From Oikopleura dioica (Eukaryota; Animalia; Chordata), in NCBI GenBank assembly GCA_907165135.1, contig OU015566.1, positions 6,510,001 to 6,574,000 on the forward strand: a stretch of DNA of 64,000 bases, written 5' to 3'. Shown here piece after piece: positions 24,495-37,500 of the stretch. The notes below the pieces were generated by a model. That model searched no databases, had not been told where the DNA came from, and saw nothing but the letters and a program-made list of their open reading frames with translations. The position numbers were made by a program, and so were the translations under genes. The first letter of the stretch is position 1. Each line of letters opens with the position of its first letter.

Positions 24495-27400
24495 GTGGAA
24501 AGCAACTGAACCTGCTCGCCGAATTAATCTCCGCTACGCCCGTTGCTGAGCGGAAAGGGATCACCTTAGTGCGGGACTACTCGCCTGAATTCAAGAAGGA
24601 AGTGAACGGATATCGCTTCGACGAGGAAGCCCGACTCCTTTCCCTCCGCGCTGCAGAGGCGCTCGGAAACTGCTCCAAATTTCCATCAGAAAGCTCCTTG
24701 CTCCTCACAATCAAGCCCGGAAGAATCGACACCAAGGGACAGTTCTTGATCACTCTTCTAGAGCGGCAAGCGAGGCCGCACCGACCGCTTTTTGGACTCA
24801 GACTGCATTACGATACGATTTATTTGGATCTGCCGAATGTGAGTCATCGGAACTCGCCGAGGGTTCATGTCCCGAATTTGCATGATGGATGGTGGCACTC
24901 GATTTTTGTCACTTTTGCTGAAGGACAGGTAAGAAGAAGATGAAAAAGACGAAACCATAAATGTAGATTTTTATTTCTCAATTTGATTTTTTACAATAAT
25001 TTCTATGTTGAATCATTATTAAAAATTCTCTTCATTTGATAGTGCTCTATCTCAGATAGGCTATCTGACAATAAATTACATAATATTTTTTTTTCTAATA
25101 ATTGTAGCTTTCAAATTATGATCAAATTCTGACGTCGCCTAATTCCGTCTTGAAAAGCGCTCTTCCGGAAGAGTGCCATAAATCTGTCCGATTAATTGTC
25201 AGCCAGCTGCTTTTTTTGACACTCAAACCACAAAACACTGTTTTACAGTTTCGATGTTCATAAGGTAGAAACAACGCTGCTTTAGATTCAAGTTTCTGTG
25301 GACTGCGAAGTGATGACGGTCCACAATCCAAATGATCAAGCCGTGAAGAAGTTGACGAGCGAAGTCGACCTGACAAAAGCCGACTTTTATCTCGGCTCCC
25401 GACGAGTGCCCAAACAACGCTTCAAGGTTTGTTGAATCACTGTTTTACTCAACTTGGGAAGGGGCTTTTGGGGATAGTCAAATATATGAATGGCAAGAAT
25501 GAGAATAATCGAAATTATAAGAAATAAAAAAAAAGTTTATTTGTGATAATTTTTAGTGAATTATGGTCTTTTTTTTAAGCTTCGTCTAAGCTAATAACGT
25601 TTAGGGTTTGTTCCGACAAGTTCGTTTTGGCGTTGGCTTCGACATTTCCCGATTATGCGAGTCGGACTCGTTTGTGGCCGCTTTGGCCGAGCGACGACGG
25701 CCGGCCCAGATCAAAGCAGGTGAGTCGCAACAGAAAGGACACCAACACCACCATGACAGAAAGAGTATTTTTACACACGTTTCCGATTTAGAAAATTACT
25801 TTAGAAATTACACCTTCTTGCGGGGCTTCTTGCGGCTTTTTAGCGCTTTCAAGGCGATTTTAACCCTTCAACGCGCATGGGCCCGGAAAGGCCCTAATCA
25901 GAATGCAGTGACGCGCTTTTTTTAAGGTGGGCCAAGTTATTTCTCCCACTTTTTCATTTGGACACCCGGATAACTATATATATTTAGAATCAGTGAAAAA
26001 AATCTCGTTACTTGACCTTTTTTGTTTCCCAAAAATCACTTCCGGCCGGGATTCTAGAGCCGGAAATTGCCGAAATTTATGTCAATAGCATATATTTTAC
26101 ATATCAAATTGAAGCTTAGAACATCTGTATTCATATAAAAAAGGAATTTAACCAAGCCGCGGTCATACCAGCCGGTAAAGATGAATAAAAAAACGTTAAA
26201 TTATGCCTCTTTTCATAGTTTTACCGGTCGGTTTGACCGAGATTGGCACTGTTTTTTCTAGTGAATTGATGATGAAACGACTCAGAATCTTCTGAGCATC
26301 AATTTGATAGGTCACACTTTACCGTTACTCTTTAATTTATTCAACTTCCGGCTCTAGAATCGCAACTGGAAGTGAATTTTTAGAAACAAAAAAGGTCACG
26401 GTTCTAGATTTTTTCCGCTGATTCCAAATATGTATTATGTTCCAGGGTTTAACATCAAGAAGTTGGGGAAATAACTTGGCCCACCTTAAAAAAAGCGCGT
26501 CAGTTCTATGTTTTCAAAAATCAATAGGTCTTTAATTTCGGTACTAGACTGAACCTTTTAAAATTAACTAACCATAAATCATTTAAAATAAAAATACTAA
26601 TTTGTTCCTTAAAAATTCATAGTTATGGTTTTCGTAAAAAAATTTTTAGACTTTTCGCTCGTCAAATTCGAAACCAACTCCCCTGGCGACAACTTCTGCG
26701 ACGCCAGAGCTCGAGGACATCTTCTTTACGGTGGCGAAAACGACTTGATGCTCTGCGATGGTCATTCCTGGAAGGGGTTGATGGGAGCAAGTCGACCGAG
26801 GCTGAATTTTATAGAGAAGATAGGGAGTTTTGAACCGAGGGAGCCGATTCTTCACAGCTGTCATTTTACTATTCCTGGGGAAGGATATTTTATGGGTAAG
26901 TCGAAAGGAAATTAATTGAAGTATTTGTTTTATAGACTATACATGCCATTCATTATCAATCATTAATGATGATTACGACAATGCGTTTTGATGTTATTCC
27001 TCAATTAATTAAGAAATATGATTATCAAATTTCATTGAAAAAAATCACTTTTATGCTTTTTTCTAAGAATGTTCTAGAGTTCGAATACAGATTAAAATCT
27101 AAGCTCTACTAACAAAGCGAAGCAAGGTTAGATGACCCTCAAGAAGTGGCGTATAAAATCTGTCAATTTAGAAAGAATCGAAAATTCAAAATGCGTCAAG
27201 AGCGCCGAATCTGATTTTATCACAGATACTTTCAACTATCCCCAGTTCTTATCTCTAGAAAAAGACAAGGAACCAGCTTGGTACCTACAGATAAAAATGA
27301 AAAAAAACTTGAACTCAGCTGAATTGACTGAAGAAACATGCAGTGAAAACATGATAAACTTGAAATTTGGAAATCTAAAGAAAAATTTCTAGTGACGACT

Positions 27401-30400
27401 TCAGCGAAAAAAGTCTCTCTGTGGCGCTGGGCGCCAGATTCGTCGATCTTCAAAGAAGACAAAACTTCCGAACTCCGGGGGGACGGCGCTTCAAGCTCAA
27501 CATTCTTCGCATTTGAAAATGCTTTCTATCTCATTATCGTTACGGTGTAAATTCTGCTATAAAATGGCTTGGTCGAGGGACACGTGATAAGCGTATTTGT
27601 AAAGCAACGGAGAGTTACGTAGATTTTTACTGGCATTTTGTTTTGCGCACATTCTTTTGGTTAACGAAAGTATTCTTGTTCATATGCACTCAGAAAAATG
27701 AGCAAAAGAACTTTTAGGGCTAGGGTTAGGGTAAGGATTAGGGTCAGGGTTAGGGTTCATGGAAATATTGACTTTTCGGAAAAATCATCTATAGATGGCG
27801 CTTCTCTCGATTTTGCCGCTTTCTGATAGATTAATGAAGTTATTGTTTAGATGATTTTTTTCAATAGGCTAGGGTTAGGGTTAGGGTTCATGAAAACATT
27901 GACTTTTCGGTAGAGTCATCAATTGATGGCGCTTTTCCTGTTGTTGCCGCTTTCTGATTGGTTAATGAAGTTATTATTTTGATTATTTTATCAATCGGTT
28001 AGGGTTAGGCTTCACGAGAATATTGACTTTTCGGAAAAATCATCTATAGATGGCGCTTTTCTTGATTTTGCCGTTTTCTGATTGGTTGATGAAGTTGTTC
28101 TTTTTGATGATTCCATCAATGGGTTAGGGTTAGGGTTCATGAAAACTCGAAAAACTTGTCCGTAGATGGCGCTTTTTCTCACTTTGCCGCTTTCTGATTG
28201 GCTGATGAAGTTGTTCGTTTTGGATGATTTTATCGATGGGCTTTAAAGTTTGCCTTTTTTCTAAAAAGGGTAGCGTGGAGTTACCAATCTAAAGTCCAGA
28301 ATTAACCCCGCTAAAAGGAGATATAAACGCGTTATCCTTACTGATAAGCGGCAAAATATTAAAGGGCTCCTAAAGGAGGGCTTATCGGCGTAAATATGTG
28401 TCCAACTTTGGTCTATCACTGTTTCCACGTAAATCTGATCTGAGATAATAATTGAAAAAGGCATAATTAATCGGAAAAACGCGATCGTCATAGATCCATC
28501 GTTAAAAACTCGTGTAAACGCATTACCGTAAACGTTCGGGAAAAAGAAGTGGCTGACAAATTCGGTTATATCAAAACGCGCGTCGATCGTAATTCGATCG
28601 AACCTCGTAATTCCATAATTTATAAACTGGTGATAATTTTACACCGGAAAACAGTCAACGCTGGGCAGAAGAAGTCGAGCCTGACGCATTCGATGCTCTA
28701 CAGATGGAACAACAAAAAACGACATTTTCGACCAGTTCAAGGTTCGATTATTATTATACACTATTCAGAAGAATGCTTGTTGGAAAGTCTTAGTGGAACT
28801 TAATTGCAGATAGTCTAGCTATATTTACGCTTTCGACTGGACCTGAAATAATCAGGCTTTCTTTTAAAATATCGCTCATATTATCTTTTGAAAATAGATC
28901 TAGAATTTCATAGTCCCAGTAAAAATAAAACTCATCAAAATTTTCCTAGGATTTACAAGTCATGGTGCAGCATCAGCAGAATATTTCTCTTATTTGAATC
29001 AACACTACCTCATCATTGCCAATTACGAAGACCCAAAAAGTAAGTCTCACCCTTAATCACAAATTTAACCCCCTTCCCCCTTGTCTGTACAAAACTGGCC
29101 AGTCTTTTCTTAACGGGTTAATTTTTAGGAAATGCTCATTCTCGCTACGTTTCCTCGCAACTCTTCTGGTACGATTTCGGCATCGAGCAGTTCGGAACGG
29201 GTGGCACGGGAAATTCTGTCTAGAAGGCGTTTCTAGACGCTGAATCTATCGAATTAATCTTGGAGCCTTGTCTGGAACGTGTGCGGGCCCAAATTGGTGC
29301 AACGACATTTGTTTTGGTTGAGCTGATCGTCCACCAAGCTAATAAACTTGGTCACGAAATTTTCAAGAGCTCATCCACAAAAGTTAGAACGTCACGTGTT
29401 TTACTTTCGCTTAGAAAAAATATTCTGTCGTAAAACTGAAAGGCTTAAAAAAGCTGATGTCTTTTAGAAAGACTTTTTTCGTGAAATTAAAATTGACAGT
29501 GTCAATTGCGCTCAAATGAACTAACGGTAGCCCCGGAAAGGGAGAATAATTTTTAACCTTGTGACAGATTGTCACGCGTTAATATGATCATATCACGCCG
29601 GAACGCGATTTCCAACTTGCAACTAAACCACGTGCCACCCTTTTTAACAGTCACCAAGGACCACATCGATGTCAGAGGTAAGAAAGTTCACTCACTAGAT
29701 GTCGCTTTTTCGATTGATTTAAGCAATCTGATTGGCTAAAGAGATAATTTTCACAATTTTTAAAAAGATGGCGCTGTTTTTTATCTTCTGTATTCTGATT
29801 GGTTGAAACAAACATCACCATCCATTGTGTCAAAAATTACTTTCCTTGTTTTCAAAAGTATCAATTTTAGGAGTCCTAAAATGGAGCACCTTTATCGTCC
29901 AAAAATCACTCTACCTCGTCGGCGCCCGGCACAAAGAAACATCTATCGACGAGTTCGGGAAGATGCGCTACACAACAACCTCTCCCATGTTCAAATTCGA
30001 CCCTAGAACTGCCAAGTTCGAGCTGCTGGAAAACATCTCAATCCCCTCCCACGGCGCTACAGACATTCTTTTCGCAAGGTACAGTAAGATGATTCTGCAA
30101 ATTTGATTTAGGACGCATGAAAGTTGAAAAGTTTTAATTTTATTTGTATCGTCTGAAATTTCAGACAAAATTTGTTTTCAAAACATGTTTCTTTGTCTTC
30201 GCGTTAATAAGTTTATACGTTCAGAATACGCGGACGAAACCTGCTTCTCGTCGGGAATTTCGGTGGCGATCTGACCCCGACAAGAGTTGGAGAAGATGTC
30301 AAAAACGTGAAGAATCAAGTTCAGTCGGAAATTTATGAATTTCACGAGCACAATGAGTCGTTATCCCTGCTCCAAACTATCGAAACTAATGGGTAAGAAA

Positions 30401-31454
30401 TTCTTATTCAGAAAATAATTTCTGGCCATAGATGGCGCTTTTCCTTAATTTGGAGTTCTCCGATTGGTCAATAACTGATTTTCCTTAGTTCTTCAATTTC
30501 CAGGGCAGATTTTAGCCAGATAATTCTAGAAATTCTAGAGAGTAATTTTTCGACTCGAAAATGAACATTTTAGAAGCAAGAAGCTGTAACGTTGATGAGC
30601 GTCGCCGAGAACGTTAATCCCCTCCTTTTAAAACTTTCTAAATTAGCCTCAAAGTTTACGTGAATCATAATTACCCAAGCACGTTCATAATTAGGATCTA
30701 ACTATTTCGCTAGCTTGCGAAATTGGCAAAACTTCCAAATCGGCGGCGATTACTTCATTCTCGCTGGCAACTCGCTGCGCCCAGGTTAAGTCGCAAATTG
30801 GCAAAACAGAGTTTTTAAGTCGTTTTTAGAAACATTTCATCAGGATAATCCAACTTCGATTTTGTATAAATGGTCCGGAGAGGAGCTATTTAAACTTTCG
30901 CATAATATTCCGACGCGGCAGGGCGAAGTCTCAGGTAAAACTTTGGGCCTAAGTCTTAGGCGAGATATTTTTTTATAGAAATTTTTATTAGAAATTTTTA
31001 ATAAAAAATTAATTTTTATTAATATTTTTTTATAAAAAATAATCGATAAAAATAGATTTTTTAAAAATAATGTTTTATAAAAAATAATAAATAAAAAAAT
31101 AAATTTTTTTTACCCTGAATTTTTTTTGTTATTTTTTCTATAAAAAAATTTATTCAAAAAAATAATTTTTATTTTTGATAAAAAATTGCTCGTTTTTTTG
31201 TTTTTTTTTCCTGAAAAAGTTAAGTGATCAATTTTCATCTAAACATTGAATAAAAATAGCCGAAAAGTACCAGAGCACGTCAGCGGGTTAATTGCCAAGT
31301 TCACTTTAAACTTGTTCGTTGTTTAGATTGGAAATACGTGGAGATCGAAGGAAAGCGGCTCTTGGTTGGCGCCAACTCGCGGCACTCGCAGGACAGCGGC
31401 TTCTATTCATTCCGAGCAGTTTCGTTGTTTCAAGTTTGTTTGAAACTCCAGTAA
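24495..31454 (+). CDS. TSPEAR: TSPEAR-like protein (LamG/TSPN domain plus EAR/EPTP repeats), multi-exon; 5' end not located
   Basis: LamG exons (..LHDGWWHSIFVTF; IQVSVDCE..FYLGSRR; GLFRQV..RLC), linker LCDGHSW..RLNFIE, then several EAR-like repeats (SHGAASAEYFSYLNQHYLIIANY; SHGATDILF; RNWQNFQIGGDYFILAGNS; DWKYVEIEGKRLLVGANS). Confidence 0.8.
25909..26502. mobile_element. Foldback/palindromic element in a TSPEAR intron
   Basis: ~35-bp perfect outer inverted repeat (TGACGCGCTTTTTTTAAGGTGGGCCAAGTTATTT) with imperfect inverted arms extending ~150-200 bp inward. Confidence 0.75.
27715..28230. repeat. Tandem ~130-bp units, most headed by TTAGGG repeats (about 4 copies)
   Basis: Recurrent (TTAGGG)n-TTCATG..ATTGACTTTTCGG..AGATGGCGCT..GCCGCTTTCTGA..ATGAAGTT. 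Confidence 0.75.
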
Positions 31455-32300
31455 ACTAAAACAAAGTAGAGCACTTAATTCCAAGCCACTTGCGCGCGAC
31501 CGCAAGTAGAGTTCACTTTTTTACAGGCCAAATAGCGTTCTTTAGAGACCATAAACTTATTTCATCGAGTTTTTTTTTTGTGTTTTCTAGAGCTATTCAA
31601 AAGCTCTAGAATGGCCCTACTTCTAGCAAAAAAAAAGGATTCAGACTTCTTCTTAGTTAAGGCTATTTTTTGCTAGATTAAGGGCGATTCTAGAAAATGC
31701 TCTAGAAATCAATAGACTCTTAAGAGGCCGAAAACAGTTTGAGAAATCACTAGTATTTTATCTAGAAGCCGCTAAAAGAGCTCAATCTACGAGCTTATCA
31801 CCGACTAGACCGACTAGAAATAAAATAATCTAAACAAGCATCAACCTGAATACCTCCTGAATTTCAACCCTCATTCAAAATTTCTGTAGCTTCAACTGTA
31901 ACTGTAACTTGAAAGATTCTTTTCGATTCCGAATGATTCTATTTTCGGATTCTACTATAAAAACTGCTCATTTTCCGAAGAGCTGTAAATTTTAATAAAC
32001 TCTGTAAAGAAGAAAAATTATTCTAGGAAAATTATGCGATAGGAAGAGTTCACGATTGATGGATAGATTGTGACTCGTAACTACCGGTAGGGGAGTATCC
32101 GACAGCGCGGACAAATACTGATAACACCCGCCATAATATTAACAACGTGGACTCAAACGCTAAATAATCATAACCTTGGTCATCCGGACAGTTGACAGTT
32201 AAAGGTCAAGTAAACGAAGAACATACTCAAAGAACTATTGGTCGGATTTTGGACAGAGTCTATAGAGACTATAGACTATAGACTATAGTATACTATGTAG

Positions 32301-32427
32301 TACTATGGTAGGCGCTCCAGAGCACGAGAGCGCGTCCTCAAAAAGGGACGTCTCTCGGGCCCAGAGCGCAGTCAGCCCGCACTCTCCCCGACAGTCAGAC
32401 AGCCCACTAGATTCCGAGCCAGTTGTA
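32301..32427 (+). repeat. 5' LTR (127 bp)
   Basis: Base-for-base identical to 44245-44371. Confidence 0.92.
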
Positions 32428-32428
32428 C

Positions 32429-32435
32429 TGGTGAC
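32429..32435 (+). promoter_or_regulatory. Primer-binding site, short tRNA-Trp-like match
   Basis: TGGTGAC next to the LTR matches the first 7 nt of the classical tRNA-Trp PBS (TGGTGACCCC); only 7 nt match. Confidence 0.55.
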
Positions 32436-32595
32436 GAATTGGAGAAAGACCCGCCCTCAGAGATAGCCTACTTGACCGCCAGCCAGCCAGCCAGCTAGAG
32501 ATTTGGACAGCTCCCTGACCGCCGTCCTGTCAAACCACAGTTGTGCCAGCTAGAAAGTTTGGATTATCTCAAGGAAAGGATCGGATGAGTAGCTC

Positions 32596-34250
32596 ATGAA
32601 TTCTAGTCTTAAGCCGTTTTATGTTAAAATAAGCGATAGGCTACGTAAGCAACACCTCCAGTTACTTGCAAAATCCGTCAACCCCGACTGCACCGCCGAT
32701 GACAAGGTAAAACTCCTCGACGAGCTCAAGAAATTCAAATCGGTTGAAACCTTCGTTGTCGAACAAGATTGTGTAACTCACCTGGAATATTTCCTTCTCT
32801 TTACGCAGTTTTCGGAAACACGAATCGGAATCGACTACTACGGTTTTCTTGATCACGTTCGCCTTAACGTTGAAAGTCGCGGAACGACGACCCTCAAATT
32901 TGAGAATCTGAAAGCCGAAAGCGTCGACAAAGACGAAGAAAGCTTCATCAGCAAGTACACCAAACTCACTCTCGAAAGTTTTCCGAGCTCTGTAAGCCTG
33001 ACAACGATTCATTCCTTATTTGCTGCGATAAAAACGGAATAGTTGTCAAGACTCGCGAAGCACTCGACGGAGAAATTCCTGATCCACGCGAACGATCAAA
33101 AGCTAGAATGTCTGGAGAAACCGAAAGCAAGGTTGAGTATGTCAGCAGAACGAAAATTGAACTCCCGAAATTCGAGAAAAGCGGACTGTCTGTGTCCAGA
33201 TGGATTAACAACTGTCTCTTTCTTCTCGATATTGAAGGAATCTATGACGACAAACGTAGAATTCGAGCGATTCTCCAAGCTGTGCCAGAATCGAAACTTG
33301 GAACGATTACATCTTTGATCCCGTATGACTATCTTCTCAATGACGTTGTCGAAATCATAGAATCAGAACTCGAAATCTCCAAGGAACGTGCGCGAAAACT
33401 TTTGAAAGCCTGTCAGTATGACGAAAAGCTTGATAAGACGCTTGTTGGTTTTGCGAACAGAATCCTTGATCTCGCAAGCATCATCTACAAAGGCAGACAT
33501 CGAGACATCATCAAAGCCTTTGCCAACAGCGAGTTCCTCGAAAAGCTCCCTAGTCCGATCAAATACTGTGAGTACTGGAACCTGAATGAAGATCCGGAAG
33601 GCCGTGATATCCTTCAAAACGCGAAGATTGCCGACCGAATCCTCATCAAAATGAGAAATAAACAGGAAAGCAACTGTAACGTCACCTTCGCTGACGAAAA
33701 AGCCGATGCCGAACCTGCTGTATCGCTTGAGGATAAGGTCAATGAAATTGCAAAGTCTTTGAACGCACTGCAAACGAATGACCGCCGTGGAAGACAGCCA
33801 TACCGTGGACCTCACCAGCGAAACCGATCTTACAGCAATGGTCGACACAGAGGTTATGGACGAAGCAACTCCAGAGATCACCGATCTTCTTCTCGCGGAC
33901 GACATTTCAGACGCCAGAACTACGGAGATCGCCTAAGCTTTTCCAGGGACCGTGGTTACAAGGACAGACACCGTGGTCGAAGCCGGGACAACAGTTTTCA
34001 CCGTCGAAGCCAGGACCGCAGTTACGATCGTCGAAGCCGAGACCGCGGATATCAACGCCGGAGTCAGGATCGTCAGTACCAACGACGAAGCCAAGAACGT
34101 AGTTTCCAAGATCCTAGCCAGGAAAGACGACAGTTGTCCAGAGGAAGAAGCGACACCCCGCATGGTGAACGACGACAAAGGCCGTTCAATGGAAAGTGCT
34201 TTGGTTGTGGCCGATATGGTCACATGAAATTCGAATGTTATTCCTCGTAA
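32596..34250 (+). CDS. gag: Gag, split by a single -1 frameshift near 32975
   Basis: The 33108 ORF frame is open upstream through the end of the 32596 ORF; adding one A to GAAAG at ~32975 fuses them (..TLEKFSELCKPDNDS..); C-terminal CFGCGRYGHMKFEC knuckle. Confidence 0.8.
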
Positions 34251-34526
34251 ATGCCTACTCTCATCCTTTAAAAAGCTCGCTCAGCGTTCCCATCGTCCTA
34301 TTCACGTCAATATCTACGCATATGCCTGCTATCAGCTTCTCATGACGCTTGGTCTGAATTCGATAAGAATCAATTATCCCAGAAAAATCGATTGATATTG
34401 CATCATCAGTGACGCACGTAATCGTTGGTATCAGTTCCCAAAAGCCGAGAAAGCAACTCATCATCTACGACAGCAATCGCTACTATCACTTTCTCAGAGA
34501 CAGAGAGAAACTCATCCATTGACGCA

Positions 34527-37500
34527 ATGTCAACCAATCTCCCTTTTATCACAGCAACGATACGTCAATACAAAGCTTCCCAAGATTACAACGAATGGGA
34601 ATTGAAATTCTTGGTTGATACCGGCGCAAACATCTCAATCATCAACTCTGAAGAACTCACTAAGTCGAAGGAAAAGTTTTTAACCCAAGACATCGAGGAA
34701 GTTGTTGCCAAGCATGCGTCGAACGAAGTCGCTGCTCGCTTCAACAAGAAACTTTTCTGCAATCTTTGCATCAAGAATCAAGAAGTCGAAATCACAAACG
34801 TCGAATTTTATATCGCTGATCAACTTCAATTCTCTGGAATTATCGGCACCGACGTCTTACAAAACTTTCAACTCGACCTTCGAGCCAAGGAGCCATTATT
34901 TCTCAACAACTATGCCATTATTGATACTCATGATGAAGATGAAATTTCAATTATTGATTATCAAGCGTCAAGCTATGATAACCTCTCACGCGGACTTATT
35001 TGCAACAAGGATACTTATGTTTATCCAACAAAGGAAAAATGGATCGATGCGAAAACTTTCCCCGTTCAAGGCGAGTCACTTCGCCTTATCACCAATGGAC
35101 ACCTAATCGAAGAGGGACTGGATGTTCAGAATACATTCTTTGGTCCTAACTTCATCCAAGCAAAAATTATCAACAACACAGATCGCACTCTTCTTATCAC
35201 AAAAGGAACCCTTTTGTCGTTTGAAGAAACTTCGGAACTTCAGAATCATTTCTCGCTGAACACACTCATTGCCCGTCAAGAACTCGATGAAAGTGAACGA
35301 GAAGAACTCGATAAGGAATTTGAAGCATGGAAACTTGAACGAGAAAAACTCACTCAAGAAATTCCAATGACGAAAGAAATCGAGAAAATCACGAATGCAG
35401 TTGATCGACAACATCGCAAACCACTCAACAGAGTCCTTACCGAGAACGATTTTCACTATTGTCGACATTCAAATGATGTTGGCTTTACAAAACACTACAT
35501 TGCCGACATTGAACTTTTGAGCGACAAGCCTGTTTTTATGAGACCTTATCCCATAGAAACAGCAATGATTCCCAAGTTCGAAACGAAAGTAAAAGGAATG
35601 ATCAAAGGTGATATATTGACCGACAACATTGTCTCTGAATACAATAGCCCTTGCCTCTTCGTTGCAAAATCTAATGGCCGTCACCGCTTAGTTCAAAACT
35701 ACAGCGCTGCAAAACGTGGTGAGAAAAGCCTCAACCAACAAATCAGATTGCCGAGATTCCCAAATGCGAACATCCGAAGACTTCTTCAACGAATCTCAGA
35801 CAAACTTGCGCTTTTCTCAGAAAAATTTCCACGATCAAAGGTCGTTTTCTCAACGATTGATTTATCCAACGCGTTCCACAATCTGCTCTTACGCAAAGAA
35901 GCCCGCCGATACACATCATTCATCTTCAATGACAATCAATACTCATTCAAAAGGCTCCCTCAAGGACTCGCATCAAGTCCTATGATTTTTGCTGCATTTA
36001 TCTACAGAGTATTTAAAAATACCTCAACCCAGAATTTCGAAATTTTATCATATCAAGACGATGTGATTATTGTTGCTCCAGAAGAACACGTTATTGCGGC
36101 ACTGGATGTTCTTTTTCAACGAGTGCGCATGCACAATCTGATTCTCAACATTGCGAAATGTAAATTCTTCAAATCATCAATCGAATTTCTTGGATACGTT
36201 ATTACTCCGAATGGATTCTCTCCAAGCGAAAAGAAAATTCAAGCTCTATTAACACGGAAAGCACCCAAAACTTTCAAAGCTCTTCAAGCCTACGCTGGCT
36301 CATTCAATTACTATCAACGTAATTTTCCGAATCTTTCAATTCTTCTTGCTCCAATCACAGACGCGATCAGTAAAGGCGAGAAACGATACAAGCTGACCCC
36401 GGAGATCACGAATGCGATTGAGAAAATTCAGGAGACAATCAAAGAAGGAGGTTTCATCAGTCATTTGAATTACAGTAACGATAACGATAATTTCATTTAT
36501 ATTGCGACAGATGCGAGTTTAACCGCATGTGCTGGCGTAATCGGAAATGTGAGAAAGACTGGATCAACGTTCACGGATTTCTCGAACTGTGGATTTACGA
36601 GCAAAAATTCGTCCAACAAGAAATGCTGCTTTCGTCACGCTCTCGCGAACTCATCGCAATTGCGCATACTCTATCATACTTCACCGACTTGATCCCGAAG
36701 ACTGAACCGCTATTCATTTTCACCGATCACAAAAGTCTTGAATCAACGAAACACGCACCATCATTGAAAACGTCAGGCGCGACACGAACACGTGCCGCTT
36801 ACGCCATTTTGCTCGATTTTCCGAACAGCCGACTGATCCATCTACATAACACTCACCCACTGATTCACGTAGTTGATAGTCTTTCACGATCCGATTACGA
36901 GGAGGGAACCGAAACCATTTTTCAACCCTCGTTGTGTACAAAAACGAAGCAAGATGACTTCAAGGTAAATGTCACACAGACAGCACGGATTGGTCGACCG
37001 AAAGTCTCGAAAGAGACAATACAAAGATATCAGAAGGAGGACCCTGCTTTGTCGGGATTAATTCTTGCTGCCGAGAGAACAAATGGCCACGTTCTTGATA
37101 AAGGCAGTCGATATCGCCTGAAAGAGGACCTGCTGGTCCAGATAACAAAAGCTGGAAAAGAGCTCGTGGTGATACCGAAATCGCTGGGTCGGGACATCGT
37201 CCGACACCTACACGTCGTTTCGGCTCACAGTGGAAGAAATGAAATGTTATCAGTATTAGATAGAGAGGACATTCTTATCAAGGGACGAGAGAGACTCGTC
37301 CGGGAAACAACACGCGAATGTTTGCTCTGTCATTTGACATCAAATCGATACAGATCCAGCGAAATGAAGATGGTGATGAAACCGAACCTTAGTGGACCGT
37401 ACCGGAAAGTATTTATTGATCTCGTTACGTTCCAAATTGAAACGCAAAATCGCGAACACGCTGTCAATTGTCTCACGATGGTTGACGATTTCTCATGCCG

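Noticed and set aside
30960-31230. Extremely AT-rich stretch
   Set aside because: Low-complexity intron sequence with no discernible unit or structure.
32596-33042. Separate 'ORF0' upstream of gag
   Set aside because: Better explained as the gag N-terminus split by a 1-nt deletion, since the downstream frame is open through the overlap.
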